From the NCBI GenBank assembly GCA_043228905.1, contig JBHGNT010000002.1:4898001-4962000 (forward strand): 64,000 nt of DNA. The letters run 5' to 3'. Positions 60,655-64,000 of the stretch are shown here, one piece after another. How positions within the stretch are numbered: position 1 is the stretch's first letter; each line of letters begins with the position of its first letter. The notes beneath the pieces are model-generated. The model was not told the origin of the DNA and ran no database searches. It saw only the letters and a program-made list of their open reading frames with translations. Source of the stretch: Azolla caroliniana. Lineage: Eukaryota; Plantae; Polypodiophyta. A program made the position numbers and the translations under genes.

Positions 60655-62000
60655 ATGGCTACTGTTAGCGCCCAAGAATATCAATCCGTTTTCTCCGAGT
60701 TACAGTGTCTAAAAGAAAAGTTTGTTGCCCTGGAACAAGAAAACCAACGGTTGATAGGGGATCTGCAACAAATCGCTCTCGAAAAACAACAAAAGCAACA
60801 ACAACATGGGGAGTTAGCATTACGGGTACAACAACTCGAAGCAGCGTTGCAACAACAAGGATCAAGTCCCCAAGGATTTCATAAAGAGCCCAAGATTGGA
60901 CTTCCTGTGAAATTTGATGGAACGCGATCGCAATTCCGGGGATTCCTTAATCAGGTACGCTTAGTCATCCAGATGCATCCTTCCCGATATCCCACTGATG
61001 CATCTCGAGTCGACCTAATAGGCACGTTACTTAGCGGCTCAGCCTTGGCATGGTTCGCTCCGCTTCTAGAAAAACAATCACCCTTGCTTAATAACTTTGA
61101 AGATTTTATTGGTGAGTTTAAAGCCTGCTTTGGAGATACCGACAGCATCAGGACGGCGATCAACAAGATCTGAAGATTGCGTCAAGGCGATCGTCCTACC
61201 TCTGCCTACGCGGCGGATTTCCGTCTACTCGCCTCAAATATTCCCTGGGATGATCAGGCCCTCATGGAGCAGTTTCGCTACGGCTTGCGCAATGATGTCA
61301 AAGATCTGCTTTTAACCTTCCCCGAAGAACCAAAGTCTCTTACGGAGGCAATCAGTCGAGCGGTCCGATGCGACAACCGCCTTTTCGAACGGCGTTCGGA
61401 GCGTCAGTTACAAATATCACGCTCTCGGCCGGAACCCACATACGCCTCAGTCACGACTAAACCGTTTGCACGCGATGTACCCCAAGCCAATATTCCGACA
61501 CCGATGGAGATCGACACCATGCGTCGACGCGGCCCGTTATCGGAAGAAGAAAAGCAATGACGACGTGCCAATCGATTATGTCTTTATTGCGGTGGACCAG
61601 GGCATATCGCCATCAATTGTCCCCATAGGCCAAGAAGACAGGTAAATCAAATCGTCGCTTGTACTAAACCCGAGTCAATTCTTCCCTTCGGAGTGTCTGA
61701 TAGTATTAATAGTACTAATAGAGTGTCAGATAGTATTCATAGTACTAATAGCCCAAGTATCTCAAACAAATTTGAAATCCTTAGTCAATTAGATGAAGAG
61801 TTAAACGATTGAGTCCAGCCAAAATAGGAGCCGTTTGGTTGGACAACAACCCTAGATATGTACATCCCATTAGTGGTTCCATTCCTTCCAAGCAAGTTAG
61901 CAATGTGTTCCTAGCCCAAGTCATTGTTAGTACTAAAAGTACTCCCCCAGTACTCGTCCTAGCACTCTTAGATTCCGGAGCTAATTCCTGTTTCATGGAC
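60655..62000 (+). pseudogene. Gypsy (Tcn1/sushi/PEG10-like) gag with two premature TGA stops, followed by a truncated aspartic protease in the -1 frame
   Basis: PKIGLPVKFDGTRSQFRGFLNQ...LSGSALAWF...LRQGDR...YAADFR...WDDQAL...TPMEID, knuckle CLYCGGPGHIAINC, and protease ALLDSGANSCFMD. The TGAs at 61171 and 61558 are likely CGA>TGA. The gag stop is at 61810-61812. Confidence 0.9.
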
Positions 62001-62354
62001 CCGGTCCCGCTTCCTTCTCTTTGCGATCCGCCTCTTCCTTCTTCAGCTTCTTCCCGAAGAAGCCTTCAAGTATTACCGGCCAAAACCTGGTCTTGCTTCC
62101 GGTCCCGTCACTCTTGTCTCCTCCGACCCGAATTCCGGCCGATGTGGAGTAATGAATGACCTCGACATGCCGCACCACAGCCTCCTCCATCAACCTCTTC
62201 ATGCTACCTCATTTGGTATTCACCTCGAGGGGTCTCTGCCTTTCGCTCTCGTGCACCCAACTATTCTAGAGGTACACCACGTTGCTCCTTAGCACCTCAA
62301 CAAAGTCAACGTAGTCTCTCTGAATGTGGTTTACACCGTCACACCACATACACC

Positions 62355-62560
62355 CCAGCTCGCGGCATCATTCAACATGAAGGACCTAGGGGACCTTCAT
62401 TACTTCCTAGGGATCGAAGTGATCCGCACCCCCGAAGGCATACTGATTAGCCAATGACATTACGTGTTGAATATGCTCTTCAAGTTTGGGATGGCAGACT
62501 GTAAGTCCATCTCAACTCCTTTGGACAGAAACGTCAAGCTTCGCCAAGATTCAGGAAAGG
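62355..62560 (+). mobile_element. Copia RT fragment
   Basis: FNMKDLGDLHYFLGIEVIRTPEGILISQ*HYVLNMLFKFGMADCKSISTP. Confidence 0.85.
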
Positions 62561-62777
62561 CGTATGGCATTGTCGAGCAGACAAGCCGACCGAAAGGGTC
62601 GAGGCTCATTGATGAGCATTGAAGTACGAGTCGGTACTTCTGTCAGTTCATATGGACTTTGTATAAAAGTGCTCTTTGAGCACATGCTATGTACAAAGTT
62701 TTAGAGTATTGTTTTGAAATAGAGTTTTCCGTGTTCTGCTCTCTCTATCTCTCCCGCATACGCTGTCGTGAAGAATG

Positions 62778-63030
62778 TGCTTCACGATATAAAAATGAAC
62801 TTAAATATTATATTTAGTAGTATTTGAGAGACTTGAATCCATACCCTTATATATGAAGGGCAATATACATACCACAAGGCTAGGCTATTTATTTTTAGCA
62901 GTACTATCAACAATACGCTTCATGATATAAGAATGAAGCTAAATATTGTATTGAGTAAAATTGAGAGACTTGAACCCTCAACCTTATATACCAAGCACAA
63001 GGTATACACCACTAAGCTAGGTTATTTGTT
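62778..63030 (-). repeat. Two tandem 138-bp units each with a tRNA-like A/B-box pair
   Basis: On the - strand: TAGCTTAGTGG (63019-63009) ... GGTTCAAGTC (62976-62967), and TAGCCTTGTGG ... GATTCAAGTC. Confidence 0.6.
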
Positions 63031-63049
63031 GTAAAAGATATTTTTCCAT

Positions 63050-63586
63050 CACTAGCCAAAGCTCAAGTCTAATTTTCTCTCATCTAAATGTTGCAACAAA
63101 AAAATGGCAGACATATGCAACATAGAATGACGCAACACCAACAAGGAAAATGTTGCATCAAATCTCAAATAGCTTCAAACAGCAGTAGAGAATGATGGAC
63201 GATCTTCACTACAAAACATAAGTCAAAGCTCAACCCGAAAACAAAACCTCCTTCAACCCTAAAACCTCGCTCTAATACCAAATGTTATGGTCATGAGGAG
63301 CAAGATCAGTTGCAGTAGTGTGGAATTAATATCAACCTACATGTGATCAAATCGAAGCAAGATTAGAGCACTATGGGAGCATGAACAATGAGAGTGAGAG
63401 TGGAACACACAGTATGCACACAAAATTCCTTCCACTAATTTACAAAACCAACCTTTACAAGTATCAAGTATGTGTATCTAAGATACATTTTAGGGTTAAC
63501 TTAACCCTTTTGGCTATTTACATAATTAGCATATACAACATGTATGTCCTTTACACACACACACACACACACACAACAATTTAACA
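63050..63586 (-). mobile_element. LTR (63283-63586) + tRNA-iMet-like PBS (63269-63280) + start of internal region
   Basis: TGTTA...TAACA termini. GCTCTAATACCA is the reverse complement of TGGTATTAGAGC, one mismatch from the Met PBS. Confidence 0.7.
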
Positions 63587-63859
63587 ATAAGTGGACCATG
63601 ACATCATAAACGCAATACGTGTCCAAAACGACACTATTCATAAGATCCAATCGAAATATCATATTCTCTACAACAAGTTAGACTCAAATGATAATGTAAA
63701 ATGATAATGCATTTCCTCTAAGACATGTCCAAAATGACACTATTTGCATGCTCCGATAAAAAAATCCTATTCTTTACAAGAAGTTAGAGTCAAATGATAA
63801 TTTAGAGTGGACATTGTGAATGAAGACTCATTCTAGTAAAGGTATTGTAGTTGCATTTC

Positions 63860-64000
63860 CAAACCAAACTGAACCGTTCAAACCAAACTGTTTAAAAAAA
63901 TCCAAGCTCAAACCAAATGGTTTTAGATACTTCAAACTGTGGTTTCACAACTCGATTTTGGTTTAGGTCAAATTTCAATCTTAAAATGTTAAAATTATCA
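63860..64000. mobile_element. Partial third hAT-MITE copy, inverted relative to 31757-32244
   Basis: AAAATCCAAGCTCAAACCAAATG...GGTTTAGGTCAAA resembles the reverse complement of 32045-32190. Confidence 0.6.

Noticed and set aside
60583-61560. Domesticated PEG10/RTL-like gag gene
   Set aside because: It has two premature stops, an attached LTR and a truncated protease, so it is a decayed transposon.

Overview
Eukaryotic nuclear DNA from a land plant. The intronless PLS-type PPR genes, a Tcn1-like gypsy gag and very dense (GA)n/(CATA)n microsatellites suggest a non-seed plant such as a fern; this is an inference. Six protein-coding genes are supportable: a VQ-motif protein (2537-3637 +), a PLS-PPR (14700-11947 -), a long OBERON/TITANIA-like PHD protein (20374-25172 +, 2 exons), eIF2-beta (34513-38299 +, 9 exons), a second PLS-E PPR (41085-42812 +) and an EHD3/MBD9-related chromatin reader with two MBD-like and four PHD domains (52548-45005 -, 6 exons). 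The intergenic DNA holds decayed LINE 3' ends with microsatellite tails, copia and gypsy fragments, two solo LTRs with 5-bp TSDs, hAT-type MITEs with 8-bp TSDs and several ~105-205 bp tandem duplications. The most striking object is a gypsy element at 60134-62000 with three cis-signals readable from the sequence. Its PBS is complementary to its own predicted transcript 5' end (Tf1-type self-priming), an antisense tRNA-like A/B-box unit is built into the LTR, and a slippery heptamer plus stem-loop/pseudoknot lies at the gag-pol junction. Also notable are an RTE-X-like LINE apparently flanked by an ~80-95 bp target-site duplication and an eIF2-beta intron filled with decayed echoes of the downstream exon start. 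Splice sites and repeats were read by eye and no database searches were run.
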